40,000 nt of DNA, from assembly GCA_002813895.1 (NCBI GenBank), contig CP024912.1:2595836-2635835 (forward strand), given 5' to 3'. Of this stretch, positions 9,385 through 18,649 are shown piece by piece. The stretch's first letter is position 1; each line of letters starts with the position of its first letter. The notes below the pieces were generated by a model. The model was not told the DNA's origin and searched no databases. It saw only the letters and a list, made by a program, of their open reading frames with translations. The position numbers and the translations under genes are program-made. Origin of the DNA: Cyanobacterium sp. HL-69. GTDB lineage: Bacteria > Cyanobacteriota > Cyanobacteriia > Cyanobacteriales > Cyanobacteriaceae.

Positions 9385-10209
9385 TTAATTAACTCGAATA
9401 ACCGTCAAACCATCCCGCAAGGGTAATAATACCTGTTGTACCCGTTCATCTTGGGCTACCATTTGATTAAATTCATGGATAGCTTGACCATTTTCTGTAC
9501 GTTTAGATTCTGGCAAGTAAACTTGTCCTTGATATAGGGTGTTATCTACAACAATTAAGCATCCAGGACTTACCAATTTTTTGTCTAGCAATAAATTAAA
9601 ATAATCTTTGTATTCTTTCTTGTTGGCATCGATAAAGACTAAATCGAAATTTTTATCTTCTTGGGCTAATTCTGCCATGGTATCGAGGGCAGGGGCTACT
9701 TTTACGGTGATTTTTTCACCATGGGGAGAGTGAGAAAAACACTCCTGAGCAAATTTGGCGACGTAGTCATCTACTTCACAGGCGATTACTTTGCCATCAT
9801 CGGGGAGGGCTTCTGCCATGGCTAGGGCGGAGTAACCTGTAAACATTCCAATTTCAAGGACGTTTTTTGCCCCTAACATTTTGACAAAAATTTGTAACAT
9901 TTGCCCTTCGATATGCCCAGAGAGCATTTCCTGTTCTAGTTCAAAGGGGGTTGCCCCTTCTGCAAATAGTTTGCTCCAATCTTCTTGGGCTGTTTTCTCG
10001 GCAAGGTTGGCGAGCGCCCCTGATTGGGTGGTCGATACTTCTCCTAAGTAGGGTTCTAAGTTTGAAGCGAATTCGTAGGCTTCTTGCAAATCATTCACTA
10101 GCTGAGAGGATTTCTCAGTATTCTTTGCATTTTGTAATATTTGCTCTAATTTTTCGACTAAAATGCCCAACGGTGCGATCGCCCTTGGTTTGTTAACAGT
10201 TGCGGACAT
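9385..10209 (-). CDS. mysB: MysB: SAM-dependent O-methyltransferase of MAA biosynthesis
   Basis: LEIGMFTGYSALAMAEALPDDG...FDLVFIDANKKEY...VDNTLYQG is a CCoAOMT-type OMT core. GGAG Shine-Dalgarno before ATG 10209. Lies between the DDGS and Ddl-like genes. Confidence 0.85.
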   Translation of the reverse strand: MSATVNKPRAIAPLGILVEKLEQILQNAKNTEKSSQLVNDLQEAYEFASNLEPYLGEVSTTQSGALANLAEKTAQEDWSKLFAEGATPFELEQEMLSGHIEGQMLQIFVKMLGAKNVLEIGMFTGYSALAMAEALPDDGKVIACEVDDYVAKFAQECFSHSPHGEKITVKVAPALDTMAELAQEDKNFDLVFIDANKKEYKDYFNLLLDKKLVSPGCLIVVDNTLYQGQVYLPESKRTENGQAIHEFNQMVAQDERVQQVLLPLRDGLTVIRVN

Positions 10210-10456
10210 AGAACTACTCCAATATTTGTAATATAGATGAAATATAAATTAAGGAAAAAATAATAAAATACTGTGAAAAATAAAGGTTAATCCCTTACTA
10301 ATCGAGGAAATAAATGGATTTATGACCAAATTTTGCATTTTCTTAACAAAAGCAGACCTGTAAGCCCACCTTTGTTAAGATCCGATTAAGATTTCAGATG
10401 GTTTGAAAAAGATGAATAAGGGCGATCGGACGCCAATCAGAACAACCCTCGTAGTC

Positions 10457-11827
10457 CTATTCTAAACCAAGATCACTGAGATACATCTGCTCTCCTGCAC
10501 CCTCATGGGGTAACTGAGAGCAGTACTTTTTGTGAGCGACAACCGCTTGATTGAGCAATTCAGGTTCCACCTCTTGGACATAGTCACAAGCCCCGATGGT
10601 AGTAGGTAAAGGCGCCCATAAGCCCCCATCACCCCGTTTGCGGCGCATATTTTTTTGTCCATCTACCATGATTTGAACATCTTCTAGGATGGGGTGAAAC
10701 ACCGACAACCCTAATTTGCTAGATAAATTAATGATTCTTTGACACTCTTCTTGACTTAACCAGCCCAACTCTTGAGCTAAAGTTGCCCCAAACGCCATGC
10801 CAATGGTGACGGCATGACCGTGCATTAATTTAACAGCGGGTTCAAAACGAGGACTCCAAGTGTGCCCGTAGGCGTGGGGCCTGTCTTGGTACGTTTCAAA
10901 CATATTTGTTCCTTCATGCTTCATATAGGCATAAAGAGCTTTATAGATAATCAAATCAGCAATTTTTTCTAGTTCTTCACTAGCATCGATGGTGGCAAAA
11001 CGAGTTTTAATCAACTCCTGCCCGTACTGTTCCAATAACTCAAACAACTCCTTATCATCGGTGACTGCCATCTTGATAATTTCTGCCATACCATTACGGA
11101 TATGTCCCATATCAAGGGTAGAGAAAAATTGACGATCAACCAAGGTTAATACTGGGGGATGATATACCCCAATGCTGTTTTTAAATTGAGTGCCATTGGT
11201 ACAAGTACGGGGAGAAGGACCTGCATCAATAGCGGCAATGATGGTTGTACCAATCATAATGTAAGGGGTACGACGATGTTGCAGCGCACAGGCTAAACCA
11301 GCCACATCACTCAACACACCACCCCCAATGACCAATACAGGCTCATTACGAGACACATCACAGCCATCTTTCCCTAAAAAGGCAAGAATACGATGGACTG
11401 TTTCGGGGGTTTTATCACTTTCCCATGCCCGTATGACCATCAATTCTAAGGGAATTTCTTGGGCTTGGAAATAACCTTCTATCTTCTCTCCGTATAACTC
11501 GGCAACGGTTTGATCTACTACGGCGATACAACGACTACGAGGGCGATAAATATTCGCGAGGGTATGGTTAGATATGGCGAAAATATCCTTAACTACCTTT
11601 ACCTCTGACTTGAGTTGATATACCGCCGTTACTTCAAAGGATAAACCCTCATCAGCGGTGGTAATTTGACCTGAACCTGTGTACCATTCTGATGTGCGAT
11701 ATTTTTCTTCGTGGGGGCGCCAAATTACTGTCTTATCATCTTCCTTGAGATTTTCGGCTAGGGCGCCGTTGCCCATGGTTGAATCTCTCATCATTGGGAA
11801 CGAACTTTTTATTTCACTAGAAACCAT
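10457..11827 (-). CDS. mysA: MysA: dehydroquinate-synthase-like sugar phosphate cyclase (demethyl-4-deoxygadusol synthase)
   Basis: DHQS-fold motifs (VLVIGGGVLSDVAGLACA, HIRNGMAEIIKMAV, YGHTWSP, HGHAVTIGMAF) and the mys context. The track ORF begins at TTG 11905, which gives an N-terminus longer than usual. In-frame ATGs at 11896, 11827 and 11794 are alternatives, so the start is uncertain. Confidence 0.8.
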   Translation of the reverse strand: MVSSEIKSSFPMMRDSTMGNGALAENLKEDDKTVIWRPHEEKYRTSEWYTGSGQITTADEGLSFEVTAVYQLKSEVKVVKDIFAISNHTLANIYRPRSRCIAVVDQTVAELYGEKIEGYFQAQEIPLELMVIRAWESDKTPETVHRILAFLGKDGCDVSRNEPVLVIGGGVLSDVAGLACALQHRRTPYIMIGTTIIAAIDAGPSPRTCTNGTQFKNSIGVYHPPVLTLVDRQFFSTLDMGHIRNGMAEIIKMAVTDDKELFELLEQYGQELIKTRFATIDASEELEKIADLIIYKALYAYMKHEGTNMFETYQDRPHAYGHTWSPRFEPAVKLMHGHAVTIGMAFGATLAQELGWLSQEECQRIINLSSKLGLSVFHPILEDVQIMVDGQKNMRRKRGDGGLWAPLPTTIGACDYVQEVEPELLNQAVVAHKKYCSQLPHEGAGEQMYLSDLGLE

Positions 11828-12122
11828 GACTGTTTCAATCCTTATTGTTGACTGAATAGCCCGAAACCTCAGAGGTTTATCTATTCTGGCTACCATACTA
11901 CACAATATTTTTAAGATTGTAAAGAAAAGTTAAAACAAATATTAAGAAATTCATACTTTTTTAAGGTTGTACTAGACCCGTAAAAAAAATTATACTAATA
12001 CAACGAACAATAGACCCTAAACCCATTGCCAAAAACAATGAATAAAAGTATGGTTCAGTTGGGGTAAAGGGTTAAAACCTCTTGTTATGGGAAGATGGTG
12101 GATTAATTTTGTTTGATGATAT

Positions 12123-15100
12123 TTACAAAACGGCATTACGATCTAATACAAGTAGATTTCGTAATTGATCGCTATCTAAGTCGGTTAACCAATCTTCTCC
12201 ACTATTGATGGTTTGTTCGGCTAGTTGTTTTTTACTTTCGAGAATGTCGTTAATTTTTTCCTCCAAAGTACCGCTACAGACGAATTTATGCACTTGTACA
12301 TTTTGAGTTTGCCCAATGCGAAATGCCCTATCGGTGGCTTGATTTTCTACAGCAGGATTCCACCATCTATCGAAATGGAAGACGTGGTTTGCTTTGGTGA
12401 GGTTTAATCCTGTACCTCCTGCTTTTAGGGAAAGAATAAAAATTGGTGGCCCTTGGGGATCATTTTGGAAACGGTCAACCATTTCTTGACGTTTTTCTAT
12501 TTTTGTGCTTCCTGAGAGGAACATCACATCTACCCCTAATTTCTTTTCTAGGTAGGGTTGTAATAAGTTTCCCCATTCGGTAAATTGGGTAAAGATTAAG
12601 GTGCGATCGCCCTCAGCCACAATTTCCTCTAACATTTCTTCCAATCGTAACAATTTGCCAGAGCGAGGCTCAAAATCTAAACTATTCTCCTTGAGAAAAT
12701 GAGCAGGATGATTACAAACCTGTTTTAATCTCATCAACAAAGTTAACACCAAACCATGGCGCTGAATCCCCTTACTATCGTTAATTTTAACTAAAGAATC
12801 ATCTACCAAACTTTGGTATAGGTGCGCTTGTTCGGGAGACAAACCACAATAAACATTCATCTCCTGCTTTTCGGGTAAATCTTGAATGATATTTTTATCG
12901 GTTTTTAATCGTCTCAGGATAAAAGGCTGAACCAAAGAGCGTAAAGTTTTCAGAGAATCTTGATCCCCATATTTCTCGATGGGCAAGGTAAAACGCCGTT
13001 GGAAAAACTGCTGTGTACCTAAATAACCTGGGTTCAAAAACTCCAAAATTGACCATAATTCCGAAAGACGATTTTCCACAGGAGTACCCGTCAAAGCGAT
13101 ACGAAAATCTCCATCCAACTGACGAATGGCTTGAGTTTGTTTTGCTTGAGGATTTTTGATATTTTGAGCTTCATCCAAAATTACCCCTTGCCAATCAACC
13201 CCTTTTAAACCATCTAAATCACGAAATACGAGGGCATAGCTAGTAATAATCACATCATACTTTTTTGCCTCCTTAACAAATGTCTTACCCTTATGGCGCT
13301 GCTCCCCATGATGAATTAAAGCCTTGACATTGGGGGCAAATTTTTGAATTTCCCTAGCCCAGTTATTCATCACCGAGGTTGGGCAGACAATTAAACAGGG
13401 CTTAGTTAATAATTTATCTTGTTTTAAACGTAATAAAAAGGCTATTAATTGAATGGTTTTACCTAAACCCATATCATCAGCTAAACAAGCTCCTAAATTC
13501 CATTTTTCGAGGAAATAAAGCCAGCTAAAACCTGCTTTTTGATATTCTCGCAAATCCCCTTTAAATGTTTTGGGAGTAGGAAGAATCTTAATTTTTTGAT
13601 AGTCGTTAACACTATTGATTAATTCTGATAATGCCCCACTACTCTCGAAGGAAACTACGGGTAATTTGGCAATGGTTTCTCCGTTACCTCCGCTCAGGCG
13701 CAGGGCATCTTCCACGGTTAAATTAATATTATTATTGGCTTGATCTAAAATATCTTGGGCGGCTTTTACATCAGCAGGTTGCAAGGCTAACCATTGCCCA
13801 TCTACTTCCACGATGGGAGATTTTTGAGCCAAAAGATTTTGAAATTCTTTGTTGGTTAAAACTTTATCCCCTACGGCAACTTTAAGATTGTAGTTTAGTA
13901 AACTATTGAGATTTAAACGCTCTCCTTTTTTGAGGTTAACTTTCGCTTCAATTTTGACTCCTAAACGTTTTTCTCCTGCACCTTCGGCTAAACCTTCGGG
14001 TAAAATAATACCTAATCCATTATCTTGTAGTTGCCATACTGAACTACGAATGAATTGATAAGCGTCAATAGCATTTAATTGACAATAATTGGGCATTGCA
14101 TTTTCTAAACTTTTTGCTACCAAAGGATAAATTTTGGACGCTAAACCTAATCCTTTTAAAAGAATTTCTTGAGGGTTTTCTATGGTGCGATCGTCTATTT
14201 CTAAATCAGGGTGAGAATGTTGCCAAATTTGCTCGGATGGTACGAGAAAATCTGGGTTATCAATGGCTTGTAAATAGTAGTCTAATTTCCAATTATCATA
14301 GTTATTTTCTGATGGGGCAGGGGGGTTTAATTTAAAACAAATACGATATTGTTTTTTTGATAGTTGAAAGTCGGAGGTAATTAAATTATCTTGAATTGGC
14401 AATGTCCAATGGTCAAAAGCCATCTTTAAACGTTTACTTTCTGTAGATGGCAAATCGCAGTGGTTTATGTCAGTTTCAGCTAAGGAATTTAACCAAGGTT
14501 CAATAGTTATATCATTGCCTAAAGGAGTGGGTTGTTCTAGTAATTGTCTAATTTGTAAGTCAACAATATTGGTTAAAAAGTCTAAAATTAATTCTTGAGG
14601 GTCAATAGTTGGTGATTCTTCTGAATCGACGTAGCAACGGCACAATGAGGGCATCGATTGCACAAATTTAGTTAACCTTATTTGGTCAATGTTACTATCT
14701 AGTAATGGTTGCCAAAAACTTTTATTATGGTCATCAATGGTGGGGAGAAATTTTTGGCGACAAATGAGATCTAAACTCCATCTATATACATGACTCCAAA
14801 ATCGTAAATCTGAGCCGATATATTCTTCATTGTTGAGGGGAATTTGCTGTAAGAAGCTAATGGTATCAAGAAAATTTAGTTTGATTCCTTCTACTTTCCA
14901 AGGGTATAAAATAACGGTACTTAGTTTATTTTCGATCGCCATAAATTGTTCATATAGTAGCGGAACAACGGTTTTTGATCTTGGCTTTTTTTGGACAGGA
15001 AATAAAACTAATTCTTTTTGTTTTCCTTTGTTTGTTTCAAAGGTTTGATTATGGATGGATTCGGGAACTAATTTGTACTTTTCTAAGGTGGAGATAAAAT

Positions 15101-15251
15101 TTTCTAAGGATTGACTTTGAAAGGGATAGTTATAAATATCTCTGGTTTGTAAATCGTATTTTTCTGTGCCTAATTGTTTCCATTCTTCATTCCAAATAAA
15201 GAAATATTTGAAGTGATTTTTGACAATAAAACTACCACGCAAAATTGACAT
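12123..15251 (-). CDS. SNF2/SWI2-family helicase with a long bacterial SNF2-associated N-terminal region
   Basis: LADDMGLGKT (motif I), ILDEAQNIKN (motif II), LTGTPVEN, and C-terminal helicase motifs LSLKAGGTGLNLT and QATDRAFRIGQ. Confidence 0.9.
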   Translation of the reverse strand: MSILRGSFIVKNHFKYFFIWNEEWKQLGTEKYDLQTRDIYNYPFQSQSLENFISTLEKYKLVPESIHNQTFETNKGKQKELVLFPVQKKPRSKTVVPLLYEQFMAIENKLSTVILYPWKVEGIKLNFLDTISFLQQIPLNNEEYIGSDLRFWSHVYRWSLDLICRQKFLPTIDDHNKSFWQPLLDSNIDQIRLTKFVQSMPSLCRCYVDSEESPTIDPQELILDFLTNIVDLQIRQLLEQPTPLGNDITIEPWLNSLAETDINHCDLPSTESKRLKMAFDHWTLPIQDNLITSDFQLSKKQYRICFKLNPPAPSENNYDNWKLDYYLQAIDNPDFLVPSEQIWQHSHPDLEIDDRTIENPQEILLKGLGLASKIYPLVAKSLENAMPNYCQLNAIDAYQFIRSSVWQLQDNGLGIILPEGLAEGAGEKRLGVKIEAKVNLKKGERLNLNSLLNYNLKVAVGDKVLTNKEFQNLLAQKSPIVEVDGQWLALQPADVKAAQDILDQANNNINLTVEDALRLSGGNGETIAKLPVVSFESSGALSELINSVNDYQKIKILPTPKTFKGDLREYQKAGFSWLYFLEKWNLGACLADDMGLGKTIQLIAFLLRLKQDKLLTKPCLIVCPTSVMNNWAREIQKFAPNVKALIHHGEQRHKGKTFVKEAKKYDVIITSYALVFRDLDGLKGVDWQGVILDEAQNIKNPQAKQTQAIRQLDGDFRIALTGTPVENRLSELWSILEFLNPGYLGTQQFFQRRFTLPIEKYGDQDSLKTLRSLVQPFILRRLKTDKNIIQDLPEKQEMNVYCGLSPEQAHLYQSLVDDSLVKINDSKGIQRHGLVLTLLMRLKQVCNHPAHFLKENSLDFEPRSGKLLRLEEMLEEIVAEGDRTLIFTQFTEWGNLLQPYLEKKLGVDVMFLSGSTKIEKRQEMVDRFQNDPQGPPIFILSLKAGGTGLNLTKANHVFHFDRWWNPAVENQATDRAFRIGQTQNVQVHKFVCSGTLEEKINDILESKKQLAEQTINSGEDWLTDLDSDQLRNLLVLDRNAVL

Positions 15252-15779
15252 ATTATTTTAGTTTTTTAAAAATAGATATACAAACTTAGATTACCTTCTA
15301 CAGATGAGATAGTTAAGGAATAATCTAGGTTATAAGGTTGCAAAAAATAAGATTTTAGTTATTATAGATGTAGTTATTTTTGATAAATAAATAATCTGTT
15401 TTTTATTAGATAAAAATATAATAGCTCACGGTGAGACATTGATAATTGGTAATCAATTTCCCATATTTTGTGTTCCATTATGGACTAATATCAGGCTTGG
15501 GGAATACTTACGATGTATGATCTAATACGACTGGTAAGATATTTTGCCATGAATTTTTATTTTACCACTATGAAGGATTATTGATCATTCTGTTTTGAAA
15601 AGTTTGCACACTAATAATTGAGGAGATTTGACGTTAATTCTTTTTGTTTTGAGCAATGATACGGTTATAGAATAACAAGTCTGATGGGTAGGAGTCGATG
15701 TTTGCTCCTTTTTTTTGTCTAAATTTCTTTACAATGGTGAGGTATAGCATTTTTGCTAAGTATAGTTATTTTTCACATT

Positions 15780-17567
15780 ATGACCTCCAAATCTATTGCC
15801 CCTCTTTCACGATTATTAGAATATTCTCCGAAATACCGTGGTTTGATTTATCGTGCGGTTATTTGTTCGGTATTAAATAAGGTTTTTGATTTAGCACCCC
15901 CCGTGTTGATTGGGGCGGCGGTAGATGTGGTGGTACAGAGAGAAGATAGTGCGATCGCACAGTTTGGTTTTGAGAGCGTTTTTTCTCAGTTGTTGGTGCT
16001 GACGGTTTTATCGGTCATAATTTGGACATTAGAATCTGCATTTCAATATGCTTATGAGCGTTTATGGCGTAATTTGGCCCAAAATATTCAGCATGATTTA
16101 CGCTTAGATGCCTATGGTCATATTCAGAATTTAGAATTAGAATTTTTTGAAAATAAAAGCACAGGGCGTTTACTATCAGTGTTGAATGATGATATTAACC
16201 AGTTAGAAAGATTTTTGGATGTGGGAGCCAATGAAATTTTACAGGTAATTACCACGGTAATTATTATCGGTTTGGCTTTCTTTATTCTTACCCCTACCAC
16301 TGCTTGGATGGCCATTGTACCTATTCCCATTATTATTTGGGGTGCGATCGCCTTTCAGAAGTTTCTTGAGCCTCTATACGGTGATGTGAGAGAAAAAGTA
16401 AGTCTGCTCAATAGTCGTTTGAGTAACAATCTAAGTGGCATTACCACTATCAAAAGTTTTACCACCGAAACCTATGAAGTAGAGAGAGTAAGGGTTGACA
16501 GTGAAGCCTATCGTCGTAGTAACCAAAGGGCGATCGCTTATAGTGCAGGTTTTGTGCCCCTGATTCGTCTGGTTATCTTGGCAGGATTTACCAGCATCCT
16601 TTTATTTGGGGGTTTACAGGTGGAAGAAGGAACATTGGCAGTGGGTACTTATAGTGTACTGGTATTCATGACCCAACGCCTACTATGGCCCCTTACCCGT
16701 CTAGGGCAAACCCTCGATTTGTACCAAAGGGCTATGGCTTCCACCACTAGGGTAATGGCGTTATTGGACACCCCTATTCAAATTCATTCGGGAGATATAC
16801 CCCTATCATTTGCCCACACCCAAGGGGAAATTCATTTAAAGGATGTTACTTTTTCTTATTTTGAAAGAGAGCCTGTTTTGCAACATCTTAACCTTGATAT
16901 ACCTGCGGGACAAACTACCGCCATTGTGGGTTCGACGGGTTCGGGAAAAAGTACCATTATTAAATTATTACTCAGACTCTACGAAATTAATTCGGGTATG
17001 ATTACCCTCGATGGTATCAATATTCAAGAGATTGTACTCTATGATTTGCGACGGGCGATCGGTTTAGTAAGTCAGGATGTATTTCTTTTCCATGGTAGCG
17101 TGAGGGAAAATATTGCCTATGGTAGCCCCAACGCCACGGAAGAAGACGTTATTTGCGCCGCCAAAAATGCCGAAGCCCATGAATTTATTATGGAATTACC
17201 CCAAGGTTACGATACTGTAGTGGGTGAAAGGGGACAAAAATTATCAGGGGGGCAAAGACAAAGACTATCTATCGCCCGGGCTATTCTCAAAAATCCTCCT
17301 ATTCTCATTCTCGATGAGGCAACCTCCGCCGTTGATAATGAAACCGAAAGTGCGATCGCCCGTTCACTACAATATATTACAAAAGGTCGTACCACAATTA
17401 TGATCGCCCACCGTCTCTCCACCATTCGCCATGCTGACTGTATCTATGTCATGGAAAGGGGCAAAATTATCGAACAGGGAAAACATGAGGAATTAGTCGC
17501 CCACAATGGCATCTATCAAAATTTATGGCAAGTACAAACAGGGGAACAATTAGCAATAGACAGTTAG
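15780..17567 (+). CDS. ABC exporter, fused transmembrane and ATP-binding domains (MsbA/MdlB-like half transporter)
   Basis: Six-TM N-domain, Walker A GSTGSGKST, signature LSGGQRQR, Walker B ILILDEATS. The track start at 15753 is a non-ATG codon. ATG 15780 (MTSKSIAPLSRLLEY) is more plausible. Confidence 0.9.
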   Translation: MTSKSIAPLSRLLEYSPKYRGLIYRAVICSVLNKVFDLAPPVLIGAAVDVVVQREDSAIAQFGFESVFSQLLVLTVLSVIIWTLESAFQYAYERLWRNLAQNIQHDLRLDAYGHIQNLELEFFENKSTGRLLSVLNDDINQLERFLDVGANEILQVITTVIIIGLAFFILTPTTAWMAIVPIPIIIWGAIAFQKFLEPLYGDVREKVSLLNSRLSNNLSGITTIKSFTTETYEVERVRVDSEAYRRSNQRAIAYSAGFVPLIRLVILAGFTSILLFGGLQVEEGTLAVGTYSVLVFMTQRLLWPLTRLGQTLDLYQRAMASTTRVMALLDTPIQIHSGDIPLSFAHTQGEIHLKDVTFSYFEREPVLQHLNLDIPAGQTTAIVGSTGSGKSTIIKLLLRLYEINSGMITLDGINIQEIVLYDLRRAIGLVSQDVFLFHGSVRENIAYGSPNATEEDVICAAKNAEAHEFIMELPQGYDTVVGERGQKLSGGQRQRLSIARAILKNPPILILDEATSAVDNETESAIARSLQYITKGRTTIMIAHRLSTIRHADCIYVMERGKIIEQGKHEELVAHNGIYQNLWQVQTGEQLAIDS

Positions 17568-17573
17568 TTAATG

Positions 17574-18120
17574 GTTTTAATCCCTTAATAGGTATTATAT
17601 TGCTCTGAATTAAAAATCCACTTTTCCTTATACAAACCTATAAGGTTTCAATCCCTTGATAAGTATTATTTTAGTTTAAACCTTTCAAAAGGTATATGGA
17701 CGATTACAGGATTATGGTTTCAATCCCTTAGTAGGTATTATGTTGGTTTAAACTTCTATGAGACAAGCCGCTCAAATGCTAGGAACAGGTTTCAATCCCT
17801 TAGTAGGTATTATGTTGGTTTAAACTTGATGTTGACCTCAATGAGCCTCCCCAAGCAGATTGTTTCAATCCCTTAGTAGGTATTATGTTGGTTTAAACTA
17901 AATATTTCTCTGTTCTGTCGGGACACACAGGATGTTTCAATCCCTTAGTAGGTATTATGTTGGTTTAAACCATTGGCTACAGGTTTGGGAGGTATAGGCA
18001 GGATTGTTTCAATCCCTTAGTAGGTATTATGTTGGTTTAAACACGGGGAGTTCCTACTCCTTCCACGTAGCCTCCATCAGCAAGTTTCAATCCCTTAGTA
18101 GGTATTATGTTGGTTTAAAC
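17574..18120 (-). CRISPR. CRISPR array with 8 repeats of 37 nt and 7 spacers; crRNA sense is on the minus strand
   Basis: Six identical repeats GTTTCAATCCCTTAGTAGGTATTATGTTGGTTTAAAC (plus strand) start at 17717, 17789, 17862, 17934, 18006 and 18084. Two degenerate repeats start at 17645 (5 mismatches) and 17574 (7 mismatches). Spacers are 34, 35, 35, 36, 35, 35 and 41 nt. The minus-strand reading ends in ...GGGATTGAAAC, the 8-nt ATTGAAAC handle typical of I-D/III repeats. Degeneration is at the end far from cas2. Confidence 0.97.
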
Positions 18121-18341
18121 CGCTTACATTTGAAGCCTTTGATATATAAAGTTTTCAAGGTTCATTTCCGTAAGCCTAGGAGAATTATAACACATTAGTA
18201 TTAAAAATCATTCACTAAATTACCTATAAATCAGTCATAGTAAAGAGCGTAAGGCGATCGCACTTGTTCAAATGCCGTAAACCATCAACGGAAGTGTTTT
18301 TGGAGACTTCCGAGAATAATAGTACATTTACACCCCTATCC
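18121..18341 (-). promoter_or_regulatory. CRISPR leader with a candidate extended -10 promoter
   Basis: AT-rich 221 bp between the cas2 stop and the first perfect repeat. The minus strand reads TGTTATAAT (TGn + TATAAT; hexamer at 18184..18189) about 63 nt upstream of repeat 1. Hairpin CGGAAGT-N10-ACTTCCG (18289..18312) lies just after cas2. Confidence 0.5.
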
Positions 18342-18614
18342 TTACGCAAAAAAGATAGTATCATCTGGGGGTTGTTCACCACCAATACGCTCTATTTTAC
18401 CCTGACAACATTGCCCCAAAAAATAAAAACGAATACTATCACTATCCTTCTTAATTAACTTACTAAGTCGGTGACGTAGTTTAGCATACTGAGTATTAGT
18501 CAAATCACATTCAAAAATACTATATTGCACCCATTGTCCATAGGATTTTAAAATATTATGTATTTTTGTTCTTCTTTTATTGTCGGTAATATCGTAACTA
18601 ATAACAACAAACAT
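18342..18614 (-). CDS. cas2: Cas2 endoribonuclease / adaptation protein
   Basis: 90 aa. MFVVISYDI...RRTKI...YGQWVQYSIFECDL is the classical Cas2 pattern. Adjacent to cas1 and the array. Confidence 0.95.
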   Translation of the reverse strand: MFVVISYDITDNKRRTKIHNILKSYGQWVQYSIFECDLTNTQYAKLRHRLSKLIKKDSDSIRFYFLGQCCQGKIERIGGEQPPDDTIFFA

Positions 18615-18649
18615 TTTTTTCAGAGAATAAATAAAGGATAACTTTAGAC

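Noticed and set aside
10286-10305. TTAATCCCTTACTAATCG, resembling the degenerate terminal repeat, in the mysA-mysB spacer
   Set aside because: Only a 9-11 nt core is shared and similarity is lost outside it. This is within chance expectation for AT-rich DNA.
11831-11843. GTTTCAATCC-TTA, matching the first 14 nt of the CRISPR repeat with one missing C, 4 nt upstream of a candidate mysA ATG
   Set aside because: Only a 10-nt exact core. In mRNA sense it reads AAGGATTGAAAC, which is adequately explained as a Shine-Dalgarno (AAGGA) region. A chance match of this length is plausible in 80 kb of two-strand sequence.
12123-15251. SNF2 helicase as part of a DISARM/Zorya/BREX-like defence system
   Set aside because: No partner genes (methyltransferase, PLD, DUF1998, ZorA/B and so on) flank it. 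Its neighbours are the MAA cluster and an ABC exporter. Stand-alone SNF2 proteins with this N-terminal region are common in cyanobacteria.
18004-18458. Plus-strand ORFs 18004..18198 and 18264..18458
   Set aside because: The first is generated by translating CRISPR repeats; note the repeated FQSLSRYYVGLN. The second lies in the leader and is antisense to the 3' end of cas2. Both are artefacts.
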